Shown here piece after piece: positions 19,863-30,918 of a DNA stretch of 64,000 nt. Made by a program: the position numbers and the translations under genes. Location of the stretch: positions 224,001 to 288,000 of the forward strand of contig CAVUPH010000007.1 of the NCBI GenBank assembly GCA_963743305.1. Direction: 5' to 3'. The notes beneath the pieces were generated by a model. The model had not been told where the DNA came from and made no database searches. It saw nothing but the letters and a program-made list of their open reading frames with translations. This DNA is from an uncultured delta proteobacterium. GTDB lineage: Bacteria > Desulfobacterota > RBG-13-43-22. Within the stretch, counting starts at the first letter, position 1. Every line of letters begins with the position of its first letter.

Positions 19863-20858
19863 CTATGAAGGTAATTTCGTATTTATCAATGAGTCTAATA
19901 CCCGCTGCAAGTCCTCCGGTGGTCCGGATTGAAAAAGGAGCTTTTCCCGGGTGACCGGGTGAAGCAGCTCCACGGTGGCCGCGTGCAGAAAGAGTCGGCC
20001 TGGGGCCAGATCAAAAAGGGGCGGGCTTTCCGTACCGTAGAGAGGATCGCCTACTACCGGGTGCCCCAATTCCGCCAGGTGGACCCTGATCTGGTGGGTG
20101 ACCCCGGTGATCAAATCCGCTTCCAGTAAAGAAAAATCCCGAAATCGTTTTAAAACCCGAAACCGGGTTTCCGCGGGGAAAATTCGACCCCGGTGAGCGG
20201 CCTCCCCTTCCCTTAGCGCTACCATCCGTCTTCGATCCCCGGGGTGATGGGCCAGGGGCAGCGTTACCACGCTTGGTTCGATGATCCCGGGGACCAGGAG
20301 CAGATATTTCTTGATCCATAAGCGCCGGGCTAAATCCTGTTTCAATTGGGACCAGGCCGCCTGGTTCCGTCCGGCGACCAGAATCCCGGAAGTTCCCGTA
20401 TCCAAGCGGTGGATCAGACCCGCCTCTAATGATTTTAACCCGACACCGCACAATTCCGGAAAAAAGTGGACCAGGGTGTTGGCCAGGGTCCCGGTTTCAA
20501 AAGGGCTTAAAGGGTGGGTGGGGACCAGGGCCGGTTTAGGCACTACGATAAGATCCGCATCCTGATAGATAATGGTCAAATGGGGGACGGGTTCCGAGGC
20601 GGGGCCGACCTCCAAGGGTCCCGGCAACCTTAGTTCAAGGCGATCCCCAGCCTGAAGGCGGTATCCCTTGTCAGCCGCCTGATCATTTATCAGGGCCCGG
20701 CCTTCCGCAATCAGAACCCGGATGTTTCTGCGGGACAATCCGGGGAATTTTAGTTGGAGAAATTTTTCCAAGCGTTGAGAGGACGAGTCTCCAGCGGCAA
20801 AAATCCATTCATGATTAAGGGGATCCGATTTGGGTGGCTGATCTGGCAAAGATTTCAA
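19863..20858 (-). CDS. RluA/RluD family pseudouridine synthase with S4 domain
   Basis: HRLDTGTSG catalytic motif, TGVTHQIRVH, GHPVVGDPLYG, LHA. Confidence 0.92.
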   Translation of the reverse strand: MKSLPDQPPKSDPLNHEWIFAAGDSSSQRLEKFLQLKFPGLSRRNIRVLIAEGRALINDQAADKGYRLQAGDRLELRLPGPLEVGPASEPVPHLTIIYQDADLIVVPKPALVPTHPLSPFETGTLANTLVHFFPELCGVGLKSLEAGLIHRLDTGTSGILVAGRNQAAWSQLKQDLARRLWIKKYLLLVPGIIEPSVVTLPLAHHPGDRRRMVALREGEAAHRGRIFPAETRFRVLKRFRDFSLLEADLITGVTHQIRVHLAELGHPVVGDPLYGTESPPLFDLAPGRLFLHAATVELLHPVTREKLLFQSGPPEDLQRVLDSLINTKLPS

Positions 20859-21015
20859 TCCCGGATAAGGGTCAGGTTGGCCCGGAGGCTGATGGATATT
20901 TTACCAGATTCACCCCTACAGGCAACCGGAAGTTACAGTCGAAATATCCAAAGGGTTGACAAGTCCCGATGAAAACAATATACATTCGGGGAGTCGGGGG
21001 AGGGATTTATTCAAA

Positions 21016-21724
21016 ATGGAAATAGCCAGGGAAACCCATCAGGGCCTGAAAAGGGCCAATAATCAGGATCGCTATCTCGTTAGGGAGTATGGCCCAGAAG
21101 CCTTATTTCTGGCGGTGGCCGACGGTATGGGCGGAGAAGCGGCCGGCGACCGGGCCGCGCAGATCGCCATCGACAGTCTGGAGAATTTTCAGTCCGAAAC
21201 GGCTGATCCCCTCCTCCACCTTCAAAGCCTGTTTAAACAGGCCTCCGAAAATATCGAGGTCCAGGTGCGGCAGAACATTCAGTTGTCCGGAATGGGGACC
21301 ACCTTGACCGCCGTTTTCCTTTACGGGGGGCGGGCCTATTACGCCCATGTGGGGGACAGCCGCATCTACCATTTTCGGGCCGGGAGGTTAAAAAGGGTGA
21401 CTTGGGACCACACCTTGCCGGATACCTTGCTGAAGGAAGGGAATATTACCACCGAAGAAGCCCGGAATCATCCGGCGCAGCATATGCTGCTGCAATGTAT
21501 CGGCTGCGGCCGGTTCAAAGCCAGCACCGGAATTCTGAAGTTGGAGAGGGATGATATTCTTTTGGTAAGCAGTGATGGGCTGCATCACGAAATACCGGAA
21601 GAGGAAATTGCGCGCCCTGTTAACCGGCGCGAAAGACTTGGCCGGAATCCTCAAAACACTGGTTCAGGCCGCCTTAAATGCCGGGGGGCGGGATAATATC
21701 ACCATCGTGGCCGCCCGCATCTGA
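21016..21724 (+). CDS. PP2C/Stp1-type Ser/Thr phosphatase, +1 frameshift near 21610
   Basis: NQD, VADGMGG, GTT, HVGDSRIY, SDGL; terminal GGRDNITIVAARI* in the next frame. Confidence 0.85.
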
Positions 21725-21881
21725 CCAAATTCGAAAATCCCGCATCCGAAACCCAATTTCTAAGGGGGGAGTTATGGCCATTTTCGTTAAGACTCCTCCG
21801 TTTACAAAGGGAGGTTGGGAGGGATTTTCGAAAAGATGAGATGGGTTCAATCCAACAAAAGGGCTCAATCCTGAAAAGCTC

Positions 21882-21970
21882 GAACATCGAACATCGAACG
21901 TCCAACGTCGAATGTCTAATGGTAAAGGACGAAGAAGCGTGGCAATTTTGGCAAGATGTTCGATGTTGAC
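21882..21970. repeat. GAACATC-family heptamer inverted repeat
   Basis: gaacatcgaacatcgaacgtccaacgtcgaatg ... gatgttcgatgttgac. Confidence 0.75.
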
Positions 21971-22018
21971 GGATTGTTTTTTGATAATTGAGTTCCCACC
22001 GCGGGCAGGGCATTTTAA

Positions 22019-22930
22019 ATGGACACTCACCAAACTGTAGTTCTGAACTCCGCCGACAATACCCAGGCCCTGCTCGCTCCCGATCTGGGGGGCTGGCTTT
22101 TGCGCTACGCCCGTCATTTTGAGGACCGGGGATGGGAGGAGGCCCTCTTCTGGTCCCAGGAGGTGGTGGATCGTTATCCCCGGGAGATGTACGCCGGCAA
22201 TCCTATCCTTTTCCCGCTGGTAAGCTGGAATAGCGTCGAGGAAAAGAAACATTTCTACTCCTGGGAAGGCCGGACCTGGGCAATGCCCCAGCACGGGTTC
22301 GCCCGACGGTTGCCCTGGCAGGTGACCGGGCGGACGCCGGAGTCCGTGACCCTGGAACTACAGGACGATGAGGGGACCCGAAAAAATTATCCTTTTTCTT
22401 TTCTCCACCAAATAACCTATCGCCTGCAAGACGGGCGCCTTTACTGGTCTCAAAGCATCGAAAACCGCGGGGCCGGACCGATGCCCTTCAGCACCGGGTT
22501 TCATCCCTATCTCCTTGTTCCCCTCACGGATCAAGGCCGGCGTCGTGAATCTATTATTCGCATTCCCGACTGCCAAAAGGTGACCCCGATCGGGTCGTGG
22601 TCGGGATTCACCCGGGAACCGTTTCCTTTCCGGGAATGGGACGTGAATCATGAACTGGAAGGGACCCTCTTTCTGACCGATCTGGAAAAACCCGAGTTAC
22701 GTTTGATCGACTCCTTTCGAAAGCTGGAAGTTATTCTTAATTTTGAAGCGGCGCCCAAGCATCGTTTCGTCGCCCTCTGGACCCGCTCTCCGGAATCCCC
22801 CTTTTATTGCCTGGAGCCCTGGACGTCGCTCCCCAATTCCTTCGGCCGGATGGAGGAAGACCTGATTATTCTTCAGCCCGGGGAAACCTTCCAGGCGGAG
22901 ATGTGGCTGGAAATCAGGAAACAACAGTAA
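22019..22930 (+). CDS. Aldose 1-epimerase family protein
   Basis: GNPILFP, HGFAR, YPFSF, FSTGFHPY, CLEPW. Confidence 0.88.
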   Translation: MDTHQTVVLNSADNTQALLAPDLGGWLLRYARHFEDRGWEEALFWSQEVVDRYPREMYAGNPILFPLVSWNSVEEKKHFYSWEGRTWAMPQHGFARRLPWQVTGRTPESVTLELQDDEGTRKNYPFSFLHQITYRLQDGRLYWSQSIENRGAGPMPFSTGFHPYLLVPLTDQGRRRESIIRIPDCQKVTPIGSWSGFTREPFPFREWDVNHELEGTLFLTDLEKPELRLIDSFRKLEVILNFEAAPKHRFVALWTRSPESPFYCLEPWTSLPNSFGRMEEDLIILQPGETFQAEMWLEIRKQQ

Positions 22931-22985
22931 GGGGGATTTTAAGGGAGCTGGAATAACAACCGAACCTTCTAAATTTAATATTTAT

Positions 22986-23017
22986 GAACGTCGAACATTG
23001 AACATCGAACGCCCAAC
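22986..23017. repeat. GAACATC-family heptamer arm (left arm)
   Basis: gaacgtcgaacattgaacatcgaacgcccaac, nearly identical to 62856-62886. Confidence 0.75.
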
Positions 23018-23054
23018 CTGAAATTTAACTTGCAACCAACAACTGCGAACTCCC

Positions 23055-24107
23055 ATGAGCCATTCCCCGTCAATTGAAGATTCCGGTGAAGTGCTGGCCC
23101 TTGATATCGGGGGCGGGACCCAGGACCTTTTGATTTGGTCCCCGGACCGGTCTATGGAAAATTCGATCCAGTGTGTTTTGCCGTCGCCCACCGTGATGGT
23201 GGCCCGGGAAATCGATCGGATTACCGAACAGCAGCTACCCCTGTTTATCGATGGGCACCTGATGGGAGGCGGCGCTTCTTCCAGGGCGGTCCGGAGGCAC
23301 CTGAAAGCCGGACTCACCGTAGCGGCTCAAGCCAGAGCGGCCCGGACCTTGCACGACAACCTGGAGTACGTCAAAGCCCTGGGTGTGGTCATCACGGAAG
23401 ATCCTCCCCCGGGATCGGCCGTGGTGACCTTCTCCGACATTCGGGAAAAGACTTGGCGGGATTTTTTTGAGGCCTTCGGTCTGAATCGGCCCCGTCATTT
23501 ACTGGTGGCGGTGCAGGACCATGGGTATTCCCCGGTGGAGAGCAACCGCAAGTTCCGCTTCGACCACTGGCGGGAGTTCCTGGAGAGGGAACAACCTTTG
23601 GAGTCCCTTTTACTCCAGGAAATTCCCCCTTATTTAACCCGAATGCAGGCCATCCGGGAGACCTGGCCCCAAGCCCTGGTTATGGACACCGGCGCGGCCG
23701 CCATCTTGGGGGCGCTGGAGCACGAAGAACTGAACGGCCGGACGCCGGAGCAGACGCTGGTGGTGAACCTCGGTAATGAGCACACCCTGGCCGCCTGGCT
23801 GGTGGGAGGGGCCCTGAAGGGGATTTATGAGCATCATACCTTTTTTCTGGACCGGGAAAAGCTGTTGACCCACCTGGAGGCCTTTGTCCTCGGCCGGCTC
23901 AGCAACCAGCAGATCTTTGAAGACCAGGGCCATGGCTGCCTGAACCTGTCTCCCGCCCCGACCTTCTCTTCCACCTTGCTGGCCACCGGTCCCCGCCGGG
24001 CGTTGCTGGCCGGCACCCGGGCCGTCCTGGCCGCTCCTCATGGGAATATGATGCTCAGCGGCTGCTTCGGTCTGCTGCGGGCCTTCCGAGGCAGAACAGG
24101 GGCTTAG
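23055..24107 (+). CDS. DUF1786-like protein
   Basis: DIGGGTQD, PSPT, MGGG, AVQDHG, MDTG, NLGNEHT, EHHT, GHG motifs. Confidence 0.75.
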   Translation: MSHSPSIEDSGEVLALDIGGGTQDLLIWSPDRSMENSIQCVLPSPTVMVAREIDRITEQQLPLFIDGHLMGGGASSRAVRRHLKAGLTVAAQARAARTLHDNLEYVKALGVVITEDPPPGSAVVTFSDIREKTWRDFFEAFGLNRPRHLLVAVQDHGYSPVESNRKFRFDHWREFLEREQPLESLLLQEIPPYLTRMQAIRETWPQALVMDTGAAAILGALEHEELNGRTPEQTLVVNLGNEHTLAAWLVGGALKGIYEHHTFFLDREKLLTHLEAFVLGRLSNQQIFEDQGHGCLNLSPAPTFSSTLLATGPRRALLAGTRAVLAAPHGNMMLSGCFGLLRAFRGRTGA

Positions 24108-24670
24108 GTCAAAGGGCGAGACTCGATAAAACGAAGACCAAGAGCCTTGCCACGCTGATTATCCGTTGGTTGTCTCCAAATATTCTGTTCCTCTCCTGCG
24201 TCTGGGAAAAACGCCTAGCTGTAAGTTTTTACCTCCTGCCATCCGGATAGGGTAACGAAATAAATCCCTCCGCGGACTTCCCAAAAAAAGCAGTGAATTT
24301 CTCTTTCGCTCGGTTTCAGGAATCTTCCCTGTCTGAAAAATTCATTGACAAAAGAGGACCAAACTCCTCAAGATAGCTTATAAAAAAGGTTTGGCCCCAC
24401 CTGGGCCTGGGAATAGATCGCCCGGAGAAGGGCTTTTGGTGTTTTGGGCAAGAGAAGAAGGTTCTGGATTCAGGGGGGAAGGAAGGTGTGAGTTTTTTGA
24501 CGTGCGTGCTTGTGAGAATAACTACGGGTTTTGATCGCGGAAGATGATCCGGCCCAGGCTGTGGCCATCAGGCGAGGATTAAACCAAGGCGATGGCGCCT
24601 TAGAAATTCAGATCACGAACCTGCAGAGACAGGAGGTGCGACACCATGGCGGAGCCGGCTGATTGAAACC

Positions 24671-25273
24671 GTGGCCGCTGCCGGAACCGGCGGGGCGCTA
24701 CGGGATTTTGATATTCAGTTCCAAGCCTTGATAAAAAAGCTTAAATTGAATCCCTCCCGAATCAAGCTGGTAACCTATGACCCGGACTATGCCGACTTCT
24801 ATGAGCGGAAGACGGACGTAACGGCTTCTTATTTAACCGCCGGGATCATCAAGATGCGTCAAAAGGGTTATAAGCTCAACATCATTTGGCCCGGGGACTA
24901 TGGGGTGGGGTTCTATTCCGACACCCTGGTGACCAATGAACACTTGATAGCCCGGAAGCCGGGACTGGTTATCCGGTTTCTGCGGGCGACCCTGAAAGGC
25001 TGGCGAGAGGCCGTGGTGAACCCGGAAGCGGCAGCGGCCATTAGCCTGAAGTATAGCCTCAACCAGGACCTTGATTTTCAACTGGCCATGATGAAAGCGC
25101 TCCTTCCCTTGGTTCATACCGGTGAAGATCGAATTGGCTGGATGAAACCGGAGATATGGCAGGAGATGTCCCAGATGATGTTTGAGAATGGGATATTGGC
25201 CCGGAATGTGGATGTGGCCCAGGCGTACACCCTGCGGTTTCTAAAAGAAATCTACGGAGGCAGATCCGAATGA
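24671..25273 (+). pseudogene. 5'-truncated NMT1/THI5-like ABC substrate-binding protein
   Basis: DYGVGFYSDTL, RFLRATLKGW, IGWMKPEIWQEM, AYTLRFL; signal peptide and first lobe missing. Confidence 0.7.
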
Positions 25274-26488
25274 GGCTGTTCCCCAAGGTTTCGATTTTAA
25301 TCCTGGTGTCTGCTCTCCTGCCCGCGATCATTGTCGGTTATTTGGCCTATGGCGACAGTCGGCGCTCGATCATCAAGGAAACCATAAAACACCTTACCTC
25401 GATAAATATCTATAAGAGCAACGATCTCAGGCGCTGGGTTGAAGACAGCCGGCAAAGTCTTGAGGAACTGGCCCAGCGGCCCTTGATCAGACTCTATGCT
25501 GAATCCTTGAAGAACCATGAAACCCGGGGCGGCCTTTATCAAAAGGCCAGAGACCGCCTCCTCGATGACCATCTCAAACCAAGACTAAAGTACGGCAACT
25601 TCCTTGAGCTGTTCCTGATCAGTCCCAACCAGGGCGTAACCCTGGTTTCGACCGATGAAAGGCAAGAAGGGAAGTAATTACCTGGGGCAAAAGCCGAACC
25701 ACTGCAATGTCTACTATTCGCCCGGGCTGGAACGAACAGCATGCCATAGGAGCCTATAAAGGACAAATGGGGACCGGGGAGTTTGCCGGCCGTCTCGATC
25801 TGGGGGAGCTTTCGAAAATCATTAGGCAACAACCCGGGCGGGTCTGTTGGCTCTCTTTTTCGCCCGGACGTTAACCCGGCCGATAAGGAGGCTGGCGGCC
25901 GGAGCCGAGGAGATCGGTAAAGGCAACCTGGAATATCGGGTAGGCACGGATGCCCGGGACGAAATCGGGCAGCTTTCCAGGGTATTTGACGGGATGATCG
26001 AGAGTCTGAAAAGAACCACCGTCTCACGCGATGAACTCCTTGAAGAGATGAAAAAACGGAAGCTGGCTGAAGAATCGTTGCGAGTCAGCGCCACCCGCCA
26101 GGAGGCCCTGCTCACCGCCATTCCCGATATCATCATGGAAGTGGATGAAAATAAAGTTTACACTTGGGCGAATCAACCCGGCTTCGATTTTTTTGGAGAC
26201 GAAGTGATCGGCAAACCGGTCGACTTTTATTTCGAAGGAGAACAGGCCACCTATAGAATAGTCCAGTCCCTCTTTGAAGGCGAGGAGAATGTCATTTATG
26301 TCGAAAGCCGGCAGCGTCGTCAGGATGGACAGATGCGGCTTGGTGAAGAAGTCGTGGTGACGATAAGACCGTCCTGGCTGGGAGACGTGGTGAGTCAGGA
26401 AGAGATGTCGAGGACAGTATGGTCAGCAGCCAAGCTTTCTGGTCAAGTTGTTCAAACTGCCGAGGTATTGGAGGATCATCCCTTCTGA
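25270..26488 (+). pseudogene. Fragmented membrane sensor (TM-Cache ... HAMP-PAS)
   Basis: 25270-25677 TM plus start of a periplasmic domain ending in a stop; 25847 onward HAMP (RPIRRL..RDEIGQLSRVFD) and a PAS that breaks off after RRQDGQMRL. Confidence 0.7.
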
Positions 26489-26489
26489 G

Positions 26490-26717
26490 AAGTGCGTGGG
26501 GGTGTGGGGAATGGAAGGATAGTGTGTGAGTGTGTGGGGATGTGAGTCTGGGGGAAGGATCGTGGGATGGCAAGCTCTGACTACTTACATGCTCACGCAC
26601 TCACATCCCCACATACTTCTTTTCCCACTTACTCACTCACCCACATACCGACCCTATTGCCCACATACCCGCATACTTTTGTTCACACATACATACTCAC
26701 CCAGGCACTCCCATACT
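26490..26717. repeat. Octamer-periodic GT-rich/CA-rich inverted repeat
   Basis: agtgtgtgagtgtgtggg-type arm followed by cactcacatccccacatact / cccacatacccgcatact arms. Confidence 0.7.
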
Positions 26718-26737
26718 GTTCTTAAGAAGGAGTCCAA

Positions 26738-29700
26738 GTGAAGCTGAAAGTATTGATCGCAGAAGATGAACCGGCCCATGAGGAGGCCATCAGAAGGGCA
26801 TTAAGCAAAGCCGATGGCGCCTTTGAAATTCAAGTAGCTGGAACCCTGCAAGAATTCCGGGGGCTGGCCGCCGTCGATCCGCCGGATATCGCCCTGCTGG
26901 ATTTGAACCTGCCGGATGGCCGCGCCGTGGAAGTCCTGACCTTCCCTCCGGAAGCCGGACCCTTTCCGGTCCTGATCATGACCAGTTTCGGCAGCGAACA
27001 GGCAGCGGAGGAGGCCATGAAATGTGGGGCGCTGGATTACCTGGTCAAGTCCCCGGAGACCTTTTCCCAACTTCAACGGATCATCAAAAGGACGTTGCGG
27101 GAATGGCGGTTGCTTCAAGAGAAGAAGGAGGCGGAGGAACTCCTGCGCCAAAGCCGGCACTTGTATCAAACGTTCCTGGACAGCTTTTCCGATACGACCT
27201 TCCTTAAGGATGAACAGTTCCGCCACTTGATTCTCAACGAGCGATTGCTGGAATATTTTGGCAAACCACGCGAAGAAGTCATCGGGAAAACCGATTTTGA
27301 TTTGATGCCCGCCGCCTTGGCTGAAAAATGTCGTCGTTCCGATAAGGCCGTCCTGGCAGGTGAAGCCGTGGTGGTTTCTGAAGAGCTGGTCGGGGACCGT
27401 ATTTATGAAACTACCAAGTTTCCGGTCCAAGTTGCTTCCAACCGGCGAGGTATTGGAGGTTACATTCGCGATATCACCGCGCGACGGCAGGCCGAGGAGG
27501 CTCTCCGGGAAAGCACGGAGATGTTACAGGCGCATCAGGTCGAACTGGAGATGCAGAATGAGGAATTGCGACGGATCCAGGGGCAACTGGAAGTCTCGCA
27601 GGGCAGGTATTTCGATCTGTACAATCTGGCTCCGGTGGGTTACCTCACCCTCAACGAAAAAGGCCTGATCCTGGAGGCCAATCTCACCGGCGCCGAGCTC
27701 CTGGGCCAATCCGGAGGTGCCTTGATCAATCAGCCGTTGACCCGCTTCATCCTGCCGGAAGATCAGGACATCTATTACCGGCACCGAAAACTCCTTCTTG
27801 AAACGGGTGCGCCGCAGGTGTGCGAGATGAGAATGCTGGGGCGCGCAGACAGCATATTCTGGGTTCGTCTGGATGCGGCTATCACCCAGAACGCCGACGG
27901 ATCTTGGGTTTGCCGCGCCGTATTGATCGACATTACTGCCCGAAAACAGTCGGAAGAGAGCCTACGGGAGAGCGAGGCGCGGTACCGCGACCTGGTGGAA
28001 AACAGCCAGGATTTGATCTGTACCCACGATTTGGAGGGGAAGCTGGTATCCGTAAATGAGGCCGCGGCCAGAAATATGGGCTATGACCGGGGTTCCCTTC
28101 TGAACCGCAACCTGCGGGATTTTCTCGATCCCGCGGTTCGAGACTTGTTCGCAGTCTATTTGTCGGAAATCAAGGAGACCGGAAGGTCCCAGGGGGTACT
28201 GCGGGTATTGAACGCCTCCGGGGATGTCCGACTTTGGGAATACAGCAATTCCTTGCGGACCGAGGGATTGGCCGTTCCCCTGGTCCGCGGCCTGGCCCAC
28301 GACATTACCGAACGGCACCGGATCGAGCGGGCCCTTCTGAAAAGCGAGGCCAAGTACCGGCGGCTCCATGAATCGATGATGGATGCCTTTGTCAGCGTCG
28401 AGATGACCGGCCGGATAACGGAATTCAACCAGGCCTATGAAGCTTTATTGGGCTATTCAAAAGAGGAACTTCGTCGGCTGACCTATATGGATCTGACTCC
28501 GGAACGCTGGCATTCCCTGGAGAGGGATCTGGTGAATGAGCAAGTCTTGGTGCGGGGATACTCGGACATCTATGAAAAGGAATATCGAAGGAAGGACGGG
28601 ACCGAGTTCCCCGTGGAAATGCGGACCTTTTTGATCCGGGACTCCCATGGCCGGCCGGAAGGGATGTGGGCCATTGTGCGGGACATCAGCGAGAGGAAAA
28701 GGGGGGAAGAAGCCTTGCGCAAGGCCGAGGAAAAGTACTCCAAGGCCTTTCAGGCGAGTCCGGACTGGGGCGCAATCACCACCTTGGACGAGGGGGTTTT
28801 GATTGAGGTGAATAAGGCCTTTGAACGCTTGAGCGGGTTTGAGCGAAAAGAGGTCCTGGGAAGGACCACCGCGGATATAGGGATCTGGGACCAACCCGAG
28901 GAACGTCGTCTCCTGATAGACTTGATGCGGGATCAGGGGGCGGTTCACAATAAGGAGGTCCATTTTCGGCTGAAGAATGGTGCGGTCCAAACCTTCATGC
29001 TCTCCGCGGAAACGATCGAACTGGAGGGCCAGGCCTTGATGCTGACGGTGGCCCGGGATATGACGGAACTTCGGAGTCTGGAGGCCCAGTTTCGCCAGGC
29101 CCAGAAGATGGAGGCGGTGGGCCGTTTGGCCGGCGGGGTGGCCCACGACTTCAACAACATGCTGGGGGTAATCCTGGGCTATACCGACCTGGCCCTGAAG
29201 CGGGTGAATGCCCAGGAACCCCTCTATCAGGACCTTCAGGAAGTAAATAATGCGGCCCGGCGTTCAGCCGATCTGACCCGGCAGCTTCTGGCCTTTTCCC
29301 GAAAACAAATGGTAACGCCCAGGGTCCTCAATTTGAATGAGGCCATAACCCACCAGCACAAGATGTTGAGACGGCTGATCGGCGAGGATATCTACCTGCA
29401 GTTTATCCCGGGCCAAGACCTCTGGAATATTCGTCTGGACCCTTCCCAAGTCGACCAGGTGCTGGCCAATCTGGCGGTCAATGCCCGAGATGCCATCGCC
29501 GGAGTGGGGACCGTCACCATCGAGACGGCGAACGTCACCCTGGATGAGGGCTATACCCGGCGCTACCGCTATGTCACTCCCGGGGATTACGTGCTCCTGA
29601 CCATGAGCGATTCGGGCTGCGGCATGGACGGGGAGACGCTGGAGACTATCTTCGAACCATTTTTCACCACCAAAGCCGAAGGGCAGGGGACCGGGCTGGG

Positions 29701-30220
29701 ACTGTCCACGGTTTACGGGATCGTCAAGCAAAACAAGGGATCGATTCAGGTCTCTAGCGAACCGGGCCGGGGGACGACCTTCAAAATCTATTTTCCCCGC
29801 TTCCCGGGGGAGGCGGTCCCGGAGGAGCAGGAGAGGGAGCGGCCTTTAGGGGGGAGCGAAACCGTGCTGATCGTCGAGGACGAACCCCAGATTCTCCTGC
29901 TGGCCAAAAGGATCTTGGAGCATTACGGCTATGAAACCGTGGGCGCCGGTTCTCCGGGAGAGGCACTGCTGCTCCTGGAAAAGTATCGGGGCCCCCTAGA
30001 CCTTCTGCTGACCGATGTGATCATGCCCCACATGACCGGCCCGGAACTGAAAGCGCGGGTGGAGTCGCTTCATCCGGGGATCAAGACGGTGTTTATGTCC
30101 GGCTACACGGCCGACGTGATCGCCCAGCGGGGACTTCTGGATAAGGGGTTGGCCTTTATTCAAAAGCCTTTCACCGTGCAGGATTTAGCCGGGATGGTGC
30201 GGAAAGCGTTGGATGGATAG
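26738..30220 (+). CDS. Hybrid sensor histidine kinase (REC-5xPAS-HisKA-HATPase-REC)
   Basis: N-term receiver (LLDLNLPD), repeated PAS/PAC (RDIT), [40 protein letters not shown]-term receiver. Confidence 0.93.
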   Translation: MKLKVLIAEDEPAHEEAIRRALSKADGAFEIQVAGTLQEFRGLAAVDPPDIALLDLNLPDGRAVEVLTFPPEAGPFPVLIMTSFGSEQAAEEAMKCGALDYLVKSPETFSQLQRIIKRTLREWRLLQEKKEAEELLRQSRHLYQTFLDSFSDTTFLKDEQFRHLILNERLLEYFGKPREEVIGKTDFDLMPAALAEKCRRSDKAVLAGEAVVVSEELVGDRIYETTKFPVQVASNRRGIGGYIRDITARRQAEEALRESTEMLQAHQVELEMQNEELRRIQGQLEVSQGRYFDLYNLAPVGYLTLNEKGLILEANLTGAELLGQSGGALINQPLTRFILPEDQDIYYRHRKLLLETGAPQVCEMRMLGRADSIFWVRLDAAITQNADGSWVCRAVLIDITARKQSEESLRESEARYRDLVENSQDLICTHDLEGKLVSVNEAAARNMGYDRGSLLNRNLRDFLDPAVRDLFAVYLSEIKETGRSQGVLRVLNASGDVRLWEYSNSLRTEGLAVPLVRGLAHDITERHRIERALLKSEAKYRRLHESMMDAFVSVEMTGRITEFNQAYEALLGYSKEELRRLTYMDLTPERWHSLERDLVNEQVLVRGYSDIYEKEYRRKDGTEFPVEMRTFLIRDSHGRPEGMWAIVRDISERKRGEEALRKAEEKYSKAFQASPDWGAITTLDEGVLIEVNKAFERLSGFERKEVLGRTTADIGIWDQPEERRLLIDLMRDQGAVHNKEVHFRLKNGAVQTFMLSAETIELEGQALMLTVARDMTELRSLEAQFRQAQKMEAVGRLAGGVAHDFNNMLGVILGYTDLALKRVNAQEPLYQDLQEVNNAARRSADLTRQLLAFSRKQMVTPRVLNLNEAITHQHKMLRRLIGEDIYLQFIPGQDLWNIRLDPSQVDQVLANLAVNARDAIAGVGTVTIETANVTLDEGYTRRYRYVTPGDYVLLTMSDSGCGMDGETLETIFEPFFTTKAEGQGTGLGLSTVYGIVKQNKGSIQVSSEPGRGTTFKIYFPRFPGEAVPEEQERERPLGGSETVLIVEDEPQILLLAKRILEHYGYETVGAGSPGEALLLLEKYRGPLDLLLTDVIMPHMTGPELKARVESLHPGIKTVFMSGYTADVIAQRGLLDKGLAFIQKPFTVQDLAGMVRKALDG

Positions 30221-30291
30221 GCAAAAAGCCTTCGGCGTTGGGCGTTCGGCGATCGGCGTGGGAAGGAAGAGAAAAAGGGGGAAAGGGAGTC

Positions 30292-30451
30292 GAATATCCA
30301 ATATCCAACAAGGAATTGCCAATGATGAAGGAAAGAATTGTTGATCTACAGGTCCGGAGCGATGATTTCATCGAGGATGCCAGGAAAAACAAAGCCCGAG
30401 GGTGAACCACTATTTGGGTCTTGGATATTCCTTGTTGGATATTGGATATTC
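30292..30451 (+). mobile_element. Internally deleted four-helix-bundle cassette (both 31-bp arms retained)
   Basis: Left arm 30292-30322, right arm 30421-30451; the interior encodes MMKERIVDLQVR..DARKNKARG*, matching the two ends of the 34079 protein. Confidence 0.7.
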
Positions 30452-30918
30452 AAAGGATCATAGTGCCGGGAGAAGAAGTGTGTGAGTGTGTGGGTAAGTG
30501 AGGATGTGGGGGAAATCAGAGCCAAGGGGGAAAGAGCACAGTGTTCAGGGTGGAGTTCAGGGGGGAGACGTGTGTGAGTGTCTGGGTAGGTGGGTTGTGA
30601 GTAAGAAAATGGTGTAATAGTTTATGAGAATTTGGTGAGGTACTTGAAAGAAGAAGACCCTTAATCACCTACTTTCTTTCAATGGTGAGCTACTCGCGCC
30701 GTTGGATACTATTACCACTTCCGCTATCGCGGCTACTACATAATTTTATTGACAAAATAGATATAGCATCTTCAAAATAATGAGATAGTAGTCTATTTGG
30801 AGTTTTTTTCAGAAAAATCCTCTAGGGAGTTAGAAGGATAGGGGCTCACCGATTCGTACCTTTTTGAATAGCCCATCGGATTTTGCTATTCATTTTTCCG
30901 GCAGATTGGAGGATAAAC

